64,000 nt of DNA from the human T2T-CHM13v2.0 reference genome, Homo sapiens. Each line of letters starts with the position of its first letter. Positions within the stretch are counted from its first letter, which is position 1. The stretch is taken from the NCBI RefSeq assembly GCF_009914755.1, contig NC_060945.1; one strand, 5' to 3'. Positions 27,957-41,280 of this stretch are shown one piece after another. Under the pieces are notes generated by a model. That model had not been told where the DNA came from, ran no database searches, and saw only the letters and a list, made by a program, of their open reading frames with translations. The translations under genes were made by a program, and so were the position numbers.

Positions 27957-29251
27957 TTATTGGATAGAATAAATGTAGTCTTTATGCTAATACTGCATGA
28001 GTTTTAGGGGTCAGAGGCAGAAAACTATGATTTCAATGTTGTCCCCTTCAAAACTAATCTTGAAGTTTGTCATTGTAGCAGTTTTAAGAAGTGGGACCTT
28101 TAAGACACGATTAGGCCATAAGGGCTCCAACTTACGGGTGGCATTGCTGCTGTCATATAAGGACAAGTCTGTCCCTCTGTTGTCCTTCCACATTCCACCA
28201 CTACATACTACAGCAAGAAGGCCATTAGACAATGTCAGCTCCTCAGTTTTGGAATTTTCAACCTCCAGAATTATGAGCTAATAAACTTACTATCATTCAA
28301 AAATTACATAGTCTGTGGTATTTTATTATAGCAGCACAAAATGGACTCTGACACTACACTATTGTCATAGAGTCATGATAAACGCCGTTTTTGTGCAAGC
28401 TGCATAACATGGAGAGGTAAGACAATTAGCTCAGTCTCCATTGATTGAATTAATAAAGAACTTTTTTCTTCAAATAATGTACATTATTAGACAGGTTAAG
28501 GATGTGGTTAAATTTATGGTGACCTCCATGGATCAAGAGATATATTTTTCCTATCTGAAAGGAGAAGTCATCCAAAAGGAAATGATCGGAAATGAGTATA
28601 CCTGTCCTTTGCCTGAGCTACTAGTACAGCACTGCTGATGTTATACTATTCAGAGTGTATTAGGAATATATTACTTCCCCTTTCAGAACACAATAATATG
28701 CGTGTGTAAATCAGCCTTGGCCCTGCCACTGGCTGAGATACTCTGCTTGCTAAATCTTAGTGAAGTTGCTGAACTCATTTCCCATTGTATTTCTCAAATT
28801 TTCTTTAAGCAGATGTTATTAATGGAATTACATAATTCCTTGCCAAGAGTCAATTCTTCAGAATGTTGAATTAGTGCTGTTATGTGGTGCCTCATTCAGT
28901 GAGAATTAATACAAATCAAAGAGATCCTTGAAACTCTGCAAGATAGATTTTGTGGATCAATTAGCTTGACTGATAATCAGTAAGTCTAAACACTAATCAA
29001 CATTTGGAATTGTCTTCTTGACAGAAATAATGGAAAGCAATAGTCTGTGTTCACTGGAATGGAGGAAAGCTGATGCACATAAATAGGTAGTGTCATGTAT
29101 ATGTGAGTGGGAGGAGGTTGAGGGAGAGAAGTTTGGTTATAGAGATTCATTCCTTGTCTGAGCATGTCTGCTGCTGCCAAAGGAACATCATGAGTAGTGG
29201 GAAGACAGCTTAGCTAAAGAATAGGATGCGTGCAGATTTTAAATATTCTGG

Positions 29252-29588
<337 letters not shown>

Positions 29589-31516
29589 CTACAGGTTTCT
29601 TATATCTGTGTATTCCTACAACTTCTCTGCATGGGTATTCCTTCTCCACTTATCTACGTATGTGTAAATTGTTGCTGTTTAAAATATGTCACTGTGGAGC
29701 AGTGTTTACCCACTAGTACACTTTATTAATAACTTTAAATTGGGGAGGACCAATAAAAAGTTAGTAACAGCATTCTATTTGTACATATAAATTTTAACCA
29801 GAAACATTCTAAATTGATAAAATTCCTGAATAAATAGTTGAATTGAATCACATATTTTTCAAAAAAAACACAATTTGCTTAATTTAACCTGTTCTTAACA
29901 GTACTGGCATAAATCTTACTCTAATGAATGATTGCTTTGTAATAAAAACAGAATATTATAATACTAATAATGTATTTATGCCTTAATATGTATTTGTTTG
30001 TTAAGTTCTAAAGTTCTTACCTGTTTTTCACCTTTTCCGTTATTTATTACTTAATTCCTTCCTCTGTTTTTTATTTCCTCTCTTAATTCTTTTCTTCTTT
30101 CTTCCCGTCTTACTTCTCCTTCCCTCCCTCTCTCCACTCGCTCCTTTCTTCATTTATTCTTTTTCTTTGTTGCTTTTATTTGACAATTCATGAGTCTCAT
30201 TCTCTTCTCATTCAATAGGCAGAATTTTAATGTGTTTGATAGAATATTTAATTCATATATTTATTTTTGAATCAAATATACAGCTCTTTTATTTCTATGA
30301 ATGATAGTATGCAATAGTTTTAATTTTATATTTCACAGCTTTTACTCAGTATCCTTGCAAAAATCAATCCACGTTGCTGGATGTGCACTGCTACTACACT
30401 GTTAGTAGCAATTCTGGGATTATGCCATAATGTGCATCAACCATATTGTATATATTCAGTTCACAGTAATGGAAGCATAGATCGCATTTAGTACTTAATA
30501 ATTTCATATGCTTTCACTCTGAATGTATGTAAAGTTTTCTCTGAACACATAAAAAGATGTTTAACCTCCCTAATCATCTGGGAAATGCAAATCAAAAACA
30601 CCATGAGATTTACCTCATATCCACTAGAATGCTACTATTAAAAACAAACAAACAAACAAACAAACAAAAAACCTCTAACCAAAACCCCGAAATAAGTATT
30701 GGTAAGGATGTGGAAAATTTAGAACCCTTGCTCATTGTTGGTAGGTATAAAAAATAGGGCAGCCACTATGAAAAACAATATGGTGGCTCCTCAAAAACCT
30801 AAATGTAGAATTATCTTATGGTTCACCAATTCCACTTCTGAAATAAAACCCAAAGAATTGAAAGCAGGGACTCAAATGGGTATTTGTACATCCACATTAA
30901 TGTAGCATTATTAATAATAGCCAAAATGTAGAAGCAACCCACCAATTGTTAATTGACAGATGAATGCATGCACAAAATATGGTATAACACTTACAATGGG
31001 ATATTAAAAGGAAGGAAATCTGACATATACAAAATGGATGAACCTTAAGGATAGTGTGCTCAGTGAGGTAAGCCAGTCACAAAAAAGACAATTACTCATA
31101 CAATGTTCCTTGAGTCATCAAATTCAGAGAAACAGAGAGTAGAATGGTGGTTGCCAGGTGCCCGAAGGGTAAAAATAATGGAAAGGTTTTTATTTGTTTT
31201 TTTTTTTTTTTCCAAATCATTATTATTATTTAACTTTTATTTTAAAATTAGGAGTACACATCCAGGATGTGCAGGTTTGTTACACAGGTAAACTTGTGTC
31301 ATGGGGGTTTGTTATACAGATTATTTCATCACTCAGGTGTTAAGCCTAGTATCTATTAGTTATTTTTCCTGATCCTCTTTCTCCTCCCACTCCCCACACT
31401 CCTATAGGCCCCAGTGTGCCTTGTTCTCCTCTATGTGTCCATGTGTTCTCATCATTTAGCTCCCACTTATAAGTGAGAACATACAGTATTTGGTTTTTTG
31501 TTCCTATGTTAGTTTG

Positions 31517-34047
31517 CTAAGGATAATGACCTCTGGCTCCATCTATGTCCCTGCAAAGGATATGATCTTGTCCTTTTTTATGGCTGCACAGTATTCCATG
31601 GTGTATATGTACCACATGTTCCTTATCAAGTGTATCACTTATGGGCATTTGGGCTGATTCCATGTCTTTGCTATTGTGAATAGTTGTGCAAAGAATATAT
31701 GCGTGCATGTGTCTAAAATGTTAATAGAATAATTTATATTCCTTCGGGTATATACCTAGTAATGGGATTGCTGGTTCAAATGATATTTCTGACTTTAGGT
31801 CTTTGAGGAATCACCACACTGTCTCCCACAATGGTTGAACTAATTTACACTCCCACCAACAGTGTAAAAGTGTTCCATTTTCTCCAAAACCATACCAGCA
31901 TTTGTTATTTTTTAACTTAATAGTAGCCATTCTGACTGGTGAGAGATGGTATCTCGTTGTGCTTTTGATTGTCATTTCTCTAATGATCAGTGATATTGTA
32001 CTTTCTTTCATATGTTTGTTGGCTGCATATATGTATTCTTTTGAGAAGTGTCTGTTCATGTCCTTTGTCAATTTTTTTTTTTTTTTTTTTTTTTGAGGCA
32101 GAGTCTTGCTCTGTCACCCAGGCTGCAGTGCATTGGAGGAATCTCGAGAGGCACACTGCAAGCTCCGCCTCCCATGTTCACGCCATTCTCCTGCCTCAGC
32201 CCCCCGAGTAGCTGGCACTACAGGCTCCCACCACCACGCCAGGCTAATTTTTTGTATTTTTAGTAGAGACGGGGTTTCACCGTGTTAGCTAGGATGGTCT
32301 TGATCTCCTGACCTCGTGATCTGCCCGCCTCAGCCTCCCAAAGTGCTGGGATTACAGGTGTGAGCCACTGCACCTGTCCCCTTTGCCCATTTTTAATGTT
32401 TTTTTTTTCCTCTTGTAAATTTGTTTAAGTTCCTTGCAGATGCTGGGTATTAGACCTTTGTCAGACGGATAGATTGCAAAAATTTTCTCCCATTCTGTAA
32501 GTTGTCTGTTTATGCTGTTGATAGTTAATTTTTCTGTGCAGAAGCTCTTTAGTTTAATTAGATCCCATTTCTCAATTCTTGCTTTTGTTGCAATTATTTC
32601 TGGCATCTTCATCATGAAATCTTTGCCCGTGCCTATGTAGTGAATGATGTTGCCTAGGTTATCTTCCAAGATGTTTATAGTTTTGCATTTTACATTTAAG
32701 CTTTTAATCCATCTTGGGTTGATTTTTGTATATGGTGTAAGAATGGGGTCCAGTTTCAATTTTCTGCATATGGCTAGCCTGTTCTACCAGCACCATTTAT
32801 TGAACAGGGAATCCTTTCCACATTGGTTGCTTTTATCAGGATTGTCAAAGATCAGATATTTGTAGGTGTGTGGTCTTATTTCTGAGTTCTCTGTTCTTTT
32901 CTACTGGTTTATGTGTCTGTTCTTATACCAGTACCATGCTATTTTGTTTATTGTAGCCCTATAATATAGTTTGAAATCAGGTAGGTGATGCCTCCAGCTT
33001 TGTTTTTTATGCTTAGGATTTTCTTGACTATTCAGGCTCTTTTTTGGTTCCATATGAATTTTAAAGTAGTTTTTTTCTATTTCTGTGAAGAATGTCAGTG
33101 GCAGTTTAATGAGAATAGCATTGAATCTATAAATTGCTTTGGGCAGTATGGCCATTTTAATAATATTGATTCTTTCTATCCATAATTGTAGAATGTTTTT
33201 CCATTTGTTTATGTCATCTCTGTTTTCTTGGAGCAGTGGTTTGCCATTCTCCTTGTAGAGATCTTTCACATTCCTTGTTAGCTGTATTCCTAGGTATTTT
33301 TTTGTGTGTGTGGTGATTATGAATGGGAGTTCATTTGTGATTTGGCTTTCAGCTTGACTGTTGTTGCTGTGTAGGCATGCCTGCAATTTTTGATTTTTGC
33401 ATCCTGAAACTTTGCTGAAGTTGCTTATCAGTTTAAGAAGCTTCTGGGCTAAGACAACGGGGTTTTCCAGATACAGGATCATGCCATCTTCAAATAGGGA
33501 TATTTTGACATCTTCTCTTCCTATTTTAATGCCCTTTATTTCTCTTGCCTGAATGCTCTGGCCAGAAATTCTAATACTATGTTGAATAGGAGTAGTGAGA
33601 GAGTGAATCTTTGTCTCGTGCTGGTTTTCAAGGTGAATAATTCCAGCTTTTGCCCATTGAATATGATATTGACTGTGGGTTTGTCATATATGGCTCTTAC
33701 TATTTTGAGGTATGTTCCTTCAATACCTAGTTTATTGAGAGTGTTTAACATGAAGGTATGTTAAATTTTATCAAAAGCTTTTTCTGGGTCTATTTAGATA
33801 ATTATGTATTTTTTGTCTTTAGTTTTGTTTATGTGATGAATCTCATTTATTGATTTGTATATGTTGAACCAACCTGCAACACAGGATTAAAGCCTCCTTG
33901 ACTGGGTGGATAAGCTTTTTGATGTGCTGCCAGATTTGATTTGCCAGTATTTTGTTCAGGATTTTTGCATCCACGTTCAAGTTTTCTGTTTTTGTTGTAT
34001 CTCTCCCAGGTTTTGGTATCAGGCTGATGCTGGCCTCATTGAATGAG
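31517..34047 (-). pseudogene. Disrupted L1 ORF2 (RT and C-terminal domains)
   Basis: Frameshifted fragments: [84 protein letters not shown]. Confidence 0.92.
32073..32379 (-). mobile_element. AluY inserted in the L1PA
   Basis: Y diagnostics; T tail; TSD cctttgtcaatttt/cctttgcccatttt. Confidence 0.95.
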
Positions 34048-35223
34048 ATCCCAGAGCCGGAGTATGTGAAGCTCCTGTGTCTCTGTGTTTGCCTGAGTAG
34101 CTGCTCGGCCAAAACTTCAGTCAGCTCTGTGTGTCAGACTGAAGGCCCTGGTGGAGTGGGCTCATGAGGGGATCTCCTAACCCGAGAGTTGCAAAGATCT
34201 GTGGGAGAAGCATTGTTTCCCGGGGTCACACATTAACTCACTGCCTCCTTGTGAAGACGGAGTTTCTCTTGGCTCTCTGCTGCTCCCAGGGTGGGGCATC
34301 ACCCTGCCCTGCTTTTCTCCATTCTCCATGGGTCAAACTGTCCCCCTGATCAGTCCCAATGTGAGTACTTGGATGTTTTAGTTGAAAGTGCTCTATTTAC
34401 TCATGTCTTTTGTTCCTCTCCATGAGCCCATGCACCCTAGCTGCTTCTTGTGGGCCACCTTGACCCCACACCCAAGTTATGTTTTAATGGGTGTAGAGTT
34501 CCGGCTTTTCAAAATGAAGAGCTCTGGAGATTCATTGCACAACAATGTAAATGTACTTAAAACTACATATTTGTACATTTGAAGGATGGTTCTAATGGTA
34601 ACTCATAAATGTATTTACTCCAGTTAAATGTAAAAATTAAAATTAAAATAAAAAAAGATTTATCTGACAGTGGGAGTGACCTTTCTGGGTCACAATGTGT
34701 TTAATTCAAGCAAGTATGAGTACAATATTCTATTTGAAACTTTTACATTCAAAGCCTTGTGGTCTTCAAATAGTTTTGTCTCCACTTCCCACACACAGAT
34801 CATTCACACCCTTTCTATGGGACACAAAGTCTGGAATATTCTTTATGTATTGTCTTCAAAATATTTGTCTTTTAAGGCTTCTGATCTATAAACTAAGTGC
34901 AACCTGCTTCTGCCATCATTATCATAGCTAGTTGTGCCACACTTAAGGAAGCTTATTCTTAATCATTACTCTCCTTGGCCCTATTTAGAGCTATATGACT
35001 TCTGAAAACTGTCTCCAGCTTTGAGAATTTTAAGGGTCCAGAATATTCAAAGACTATTTAGTCCAAATTTTTGGTGGTAGGAGTTCCTCAAAACCAACAA
35101 TGTTTGCAAAGAAAAATCATTTGTTTGCTGCCAGTTTCGTCTGCCAGAAAACACACTGAATATTTTTTAATGAACATTTTTCACAAAGCTCCTTTTTATT
35201 AAGTGCTTCCTTGATCCTATTTT

Positions 35224-35266
35224 TCTCTCTCTCTCTCTCTCTTTCTCTCTATCTCTGTCTCTCTCC
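35224..35266. repeat. (TC)n microsatellite
   Basis: Directly visible. Confidence 0.9.
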
Positions 35267-36099
35267 TTAAAACAAAGAAGCTTCCTTGAGAACCTTGGAA
35301 TTAAATAGGAAAGCTGCACCTTTAAACTTATATTTGCTCTAAGTTTATTTAACTACACATATGGATTGAACCATTATCGTTCAAAGTCTTTTATGAATCT
35401 CATAATTTTGTCTTTGGAGCCTAATCAATCATCTTTCCCAATCTTGAAAAACCTTGGATTATAGGACACTATTTTCTTTTTTTTCTACTGTAAAACATGC
35501 AATTCTTTTTTGAGATTGTATCTTTCTTATAATGCCCTCTCTAGCACAGATAGTAGTGGCTAACATTCTAATATTTCATTTTACACTTTCTTTAGACCTA
35601 GGGGCTGAGAAGACATGTTGTCTGCCTTCTAATTTACCAATAGTTTACCAAAACATTTATCTTATTAGGAAAAGTGCATTTACCAAACGAACATACAGAT
35701 ATAGATATGTACTGTTAATTTCTGCCATGATTTTTGCCCATAAACTTTTGTTAGAAGTTGTTCTACATAATGTTCTCATATATACATTGTCAGACCTTGC
35801 TATTCTATTCTATTTGCAATTCCTCTTTAAGGTCATACTATCTTGTTTTCATTACTATATCTTTCTGAAAGTGCACATTATCCTGATGTTGCTCTACATT
35901 TTCAAAATTTGCTACTCATTGACAGCGATTATTAATTTTATTTTTATTTTATTGATTGTATGATACAATACCTATAAAATAACATGCATATCACAAGTAT
36001 ATATTGTACACATTATTTTATCATGCCTGTGTTATTATATATCATGCACATATAAGGCATGATAATAAAATCAAATCTACCCTGCCACTTTTATATCAC

Positions 36100-36462
36100 T
36101 GATATGGTTTGGCTGTTTCCCCATCCAAATCTCATCTTGAAATTTAGCTCCCATAAATCACATGTGTTGTGAAGGGAAACTAATGGGAGATAATTGAATC
36201 ATAAGGGCAGTTTCCCCCATACTGTTCTTGTGGTAGTAAGTCTCATGAGATCTGATGGTTTTATAAGGGGTTTCCCCTGTTTCTTAGCTGCCATTGTTTC
36301 TCTTGCCCATCGCCATTTAAGATGTGCCTTTCATCTTCCACCATGATTGTGAAGCCTCCCCAACCACACAGAACTGTGAGTCCATTAAACCTTTTTTTTT
36401 TTTTAATAAATTACCAAGTCTTGGGTATGTCTTCATCAGCAGTGTGAAAATTGACTAATACA
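36100..36462 (+). mobile_element. THE1B/THE1C MaLR solo LTR
   Basis: tgatatggtttggctg...gactaataca; TSD atcac/atcag. Confidence 0.92.
36191..36201 (+). promoter_or_regulatory. DUX4-type motif TAATTGAATCA in the THE1 LTR
   Basis: Exact fit to TAAYBBAATCA; motif match only, binding not shown. Confidence 0.5.
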
Positions 36463-36719
36463 ATCAGATGTGGCCATATGATTTACTTTGGTATTAGAAT
36501 ATAAGTGGCATATAAGTACTACATCTCAGTACAAACTTTAAAAGCCTTCATGTGGTTCAACCAATAATTTATATCACTCTGCCCTGAGTTTCCTCTGTTT
36601 CCTATAGGAGCATGGGAACTTACAGTCTGGGTACTGGAATAAAGATTCATGTAGCAGCACCATGGCCAAATTACACCTGATACAATATTTTAGTGAGAAA
36701 TAAATCCCATCACTGCAGG

Positions 36720-36741
36720 TATATATGTGTGTGTGTGTGTA

Positions 36742-36796
<55 letters not shown>
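36720..36796. repeat. (TG)n(TA)n microsatellite
   Basis: Directly visible. Confidence 0.97.
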
Positions 36797-36799
<3 letters not shown>

Positions 36800-38291
36800 C
36801 ACTTCCTTGATATCTGGCATTACAAGGTGCTCTGGGCCTATCTTCCACATTTCATGCTTCAGTTCTAGAATTATCCTTTCTCCAAGGAGTCCTGGTTCAT
36901 TTTATTGCAGAATACTTTTAGAAGCAATATCTGGATACTGGATATGCTTCTTGCTACTGCAGAACTGTTGCTTCTGGTCTCTTTCAGTTGGTAGAACAAA
37001 GGAATATATACATGTATTCTAACTTATATGTGTATACATATCTATAAATATGTCTATATGTAAACATCTGTATATAATAAGCTAAAACAAGATCATACTA
37101 ATCTCTCCAATGCTAATCTATTCCCACATGAATCATTTAAGCCTTCTTCCCTTGCTCTAAAATACAGGGTGTGTGTATTTTTCAGTTGGACTTCAGTTTT
37201 ACAGACTTCATTAATTTTCAGTACTTTAGGTCGGCACCATTTCCCCGATGACCTTCAGTGACATTGTTTTATATACTTGTAGTACAGTTAGAATGTTTTG
37301 TCACATTCTGTATTCTACACCAGAATTCCCTAGACCACTTAAATGATGTGCTTAAATTTTCATACATTAAGGTTCTTTTTTGTGTGTGCTGTAAAGTTCA
37401 ATGGGTTTTGACAAATGTATGATAACATGTATCCACAGTTACAGTATTATCCAGATAAACTTCACTATCACAAAAAACATCCTCTGTGCTTTATCTATTT
37501 AACCCTACCCTGTCCTAGTTACTATGTTGTGTTTACCCTTTGCATATCTTTACTTTCCACAGTATCATAAAATTAGAATTTTACTGTATGTCAATTTTTC
37601 AGACGAACTTTGTTCATTTAGCAATATATATATATTAGATGCAACTATGTCTTTTTGTGGTTTCATAGCTCATTATTAAAAAAAATAATATTCTATTTTA
37701 TAAATGTATGCCAATGTGTTTATGCATGCACATGTTAAAGAAAATATTGGTTGCTTTACATTTTGATGATTGTATAATAAATAAAGTTGCTATAAATATT
37801 TGTGCGCATGTTTTTCTGTGGTTATATTTTCCAATTAGTTTGTGATATGGTTTGGCTGTCTCCACCTAAATCTCATCTTGAATTGTGATTCCCATGATCC
37901 CCACATGTCATGGGAGGGAATGGGTGGGAGGTCATTTAATCATGGGGACAGTTTCCCCCATAGTGTTCTCGTGATAGTGAGTGAGTTCTCATGAGATCTG
38001 ATGATTTTATGCCTGGCATTTGCCCTGCTGGCATGCATTGTCTCTCCTGCTGCTTGTGAAGAGGTGCCTTCCACCATGATTGTAAGTTTCCTGAGGACTC
38101 CGCAGCCATGTGGAACCATGAGTGAATTAAACCTCTTTTCTTTATAAATTACCCAGTGTCAGGGGTTTCTTCATGGCAACATGAGAAGGGACTAATACAG
38201 TTTGCTAAATATTTATGAGCATGACTGAGCAATCTATGCTAAGACCATTCTTATCTTTTCAAGAAACTATCCAATAGTTTTTCAAAATTAC
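36800..38291 (-). mobile_element. L1MC-type 3' region interrupted by THE1D
   Basis: ttctccaaggagtcctggttc; gctgtaaagttcaatgggttttgacaaatg; aaagttgctataaatatttgtg; continues after 38200. Confidence 0.75.
37843..38199 (+). mobile_element. THE1C/THE1D MaLR solo LTR
   Basis: tgatatggtttggc...gactaataca; perfect TSD gtttg. Confidence 0.92.
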
Positions 38292-38586
38292 TGTGGTAGA
38301 CTAAATGATGGCCGTTAAAATAGATGCAGGTCCTAATCCCTGAAACTGTGACTGTTTCTTTAGATGGCAAAAGATCCTTTGCAAATGGAACGAAGTTTAG
38401 CATCTTGAGATAAGGGGATTGTCTTGAATTATCCAGTGGGGCCCTAAATGCATTCAAAAGTATGTTTGGTACAGAGAGGCAGAGAGAACTGGATGCCATA
38501 GCAGAATGCAGTGGGGCCACTGAAACAAGATGCTACACTGCTGCTTTTGAAGATGGAAGACTAAGCCAGGAGCCAAGGAATGCAAT
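38292..38586 (+). mobile_element. MLT1D-like LTR, 3'-truncated
   Basis: tgtggtagactaaatgatggcc...gtcctaatccctgaaactgtga...tttgaagatggaag...agccaaggaatgca. Confidence 0.8.
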
Positions 38587-39284
38587 GAATAAATAAAGAG
38601 GTAAATAAATAAATAAAAATCTGCATTCATATGACTCCCCAAATTTTAGGATAATAGTTTGTTCTGTGACCTCAATTCTGGGATTTTCACAAGAGAGTCC
38701 ATCGATTTTCACTTGGTTCAGAATTTTTTTTTCTGTGAGAGTAAGAAGTGATGATTTCAATTTTTTGTATATGAAGCTAAAATTGAAAATTTTAATTAGC
38801 AACTTAAAATACTTTCAAAAACAACTATAAATTTGCTGTCTTAAAAAAGGCTTAAATCTCAGTAATAACCTATAATTAACCCTAGATTGCCTCTACTTTG
38901 TTTTCCAGGTGCCACCATTTGTCCAAATTATATAAATCTCATTCTAAATTCTGTGTTTATCATGGCAAACCTATCTAAAATTATTTCTAAAATACCATTT
39001 GGGGTGATTTTATCTTTATGAAATATGGATTATACTGTATCTAATATTTAAGTATCTACTTTTTGTCTCAACAGTCTACTACTAAGATACATTTGTTATA
39101 TATTCATTTTCAACTTCTATACAATACTTTGTATGTCACTTTACCACACTTTTATCATTCTCTCTTCCATTAATAAATATTTGGGTGGTTTTCAACTTGT
39201 TTTCATGGATACTATGATTAACTTTGTCATACATGTCTCCTATTGTGTATATCAAGTATTTTTCTCCTTTCTTTTCTTCTTCTA

Positions 39285-39603
39285 ACTAAAGGCCTGGGAT
39301 TAATAGAAAGGAATGCCTGAGTTAAAATAGGGGGTTGAGGAGACCAGAGATTGATCATGCAGATGAAGCTTCCAGGGAATAGGCTTCAAAGAGAATAGAT
39401 TGTAAATGTTTCTTATTAGACTTACAAAGTCTGTTCTATCAGTCTAAAGGTCTGTTTTTATCTTAAGAGTAATGACACATGTTTAACTCCCCTTCCCATC
39501 GTGGACTGAACTAGTTTTTCAGGTTAACTTTGGAATTCCCTAGGCCTAGAAGAGGGGTCTATTCAGATGGTTTGGGGCCTTAGAATTTTATTTTTGGCTT
39601 ATA
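39285..39603 (-). mobile_element. MER4-family ERV1 LTR, 5' half
   Basis: Reverse strand reads ccaaaaataaaattctaaggcccc...ccaaagttaacctgaaaaactagttcag. Confidence 0.85.
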
Positions 39604-39604
39604 G

Positions 39605-41280
<1,676 letters not shown>

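Larger units (their letters stand above)
31187..34473 (-). mobile_element. L1PA11-13-like element with both termini and a large internal deletion
   Basis: Poly-T and 3'UTR at 31190-31500; ORF2 up to 34047; then about 425 nt of 5'UTR ending (sense) ggggtcaaggtggcccacaagaagcagctag. Confidence 0.9.
30545..34660 (+). mobile_element. L1MB-type 3' region (30545-31186 and 34474-34660) split by a younger L1PA
   Basis: gagtagaatggtggttgccagg before the insertion continues as ttaatgggtgtagagtt...gcacaacaatgtaaatgtacttaa after it, ending in an A-rich tail. Confidence 0.85.

Noticed and set aside
32901-33482. 193-aa ORF, the longest in the window, as an active RT gene
   Set aside because: Fragment of a frameshifted, Alu-interrupted L1 ORF2.
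35532-35963. 143-aa hydrophobic ORF resembling a membrane protein
   Set aside because: The I/L/F/Y bias reflects T-rich DNA; no recognisable family or exon structure.
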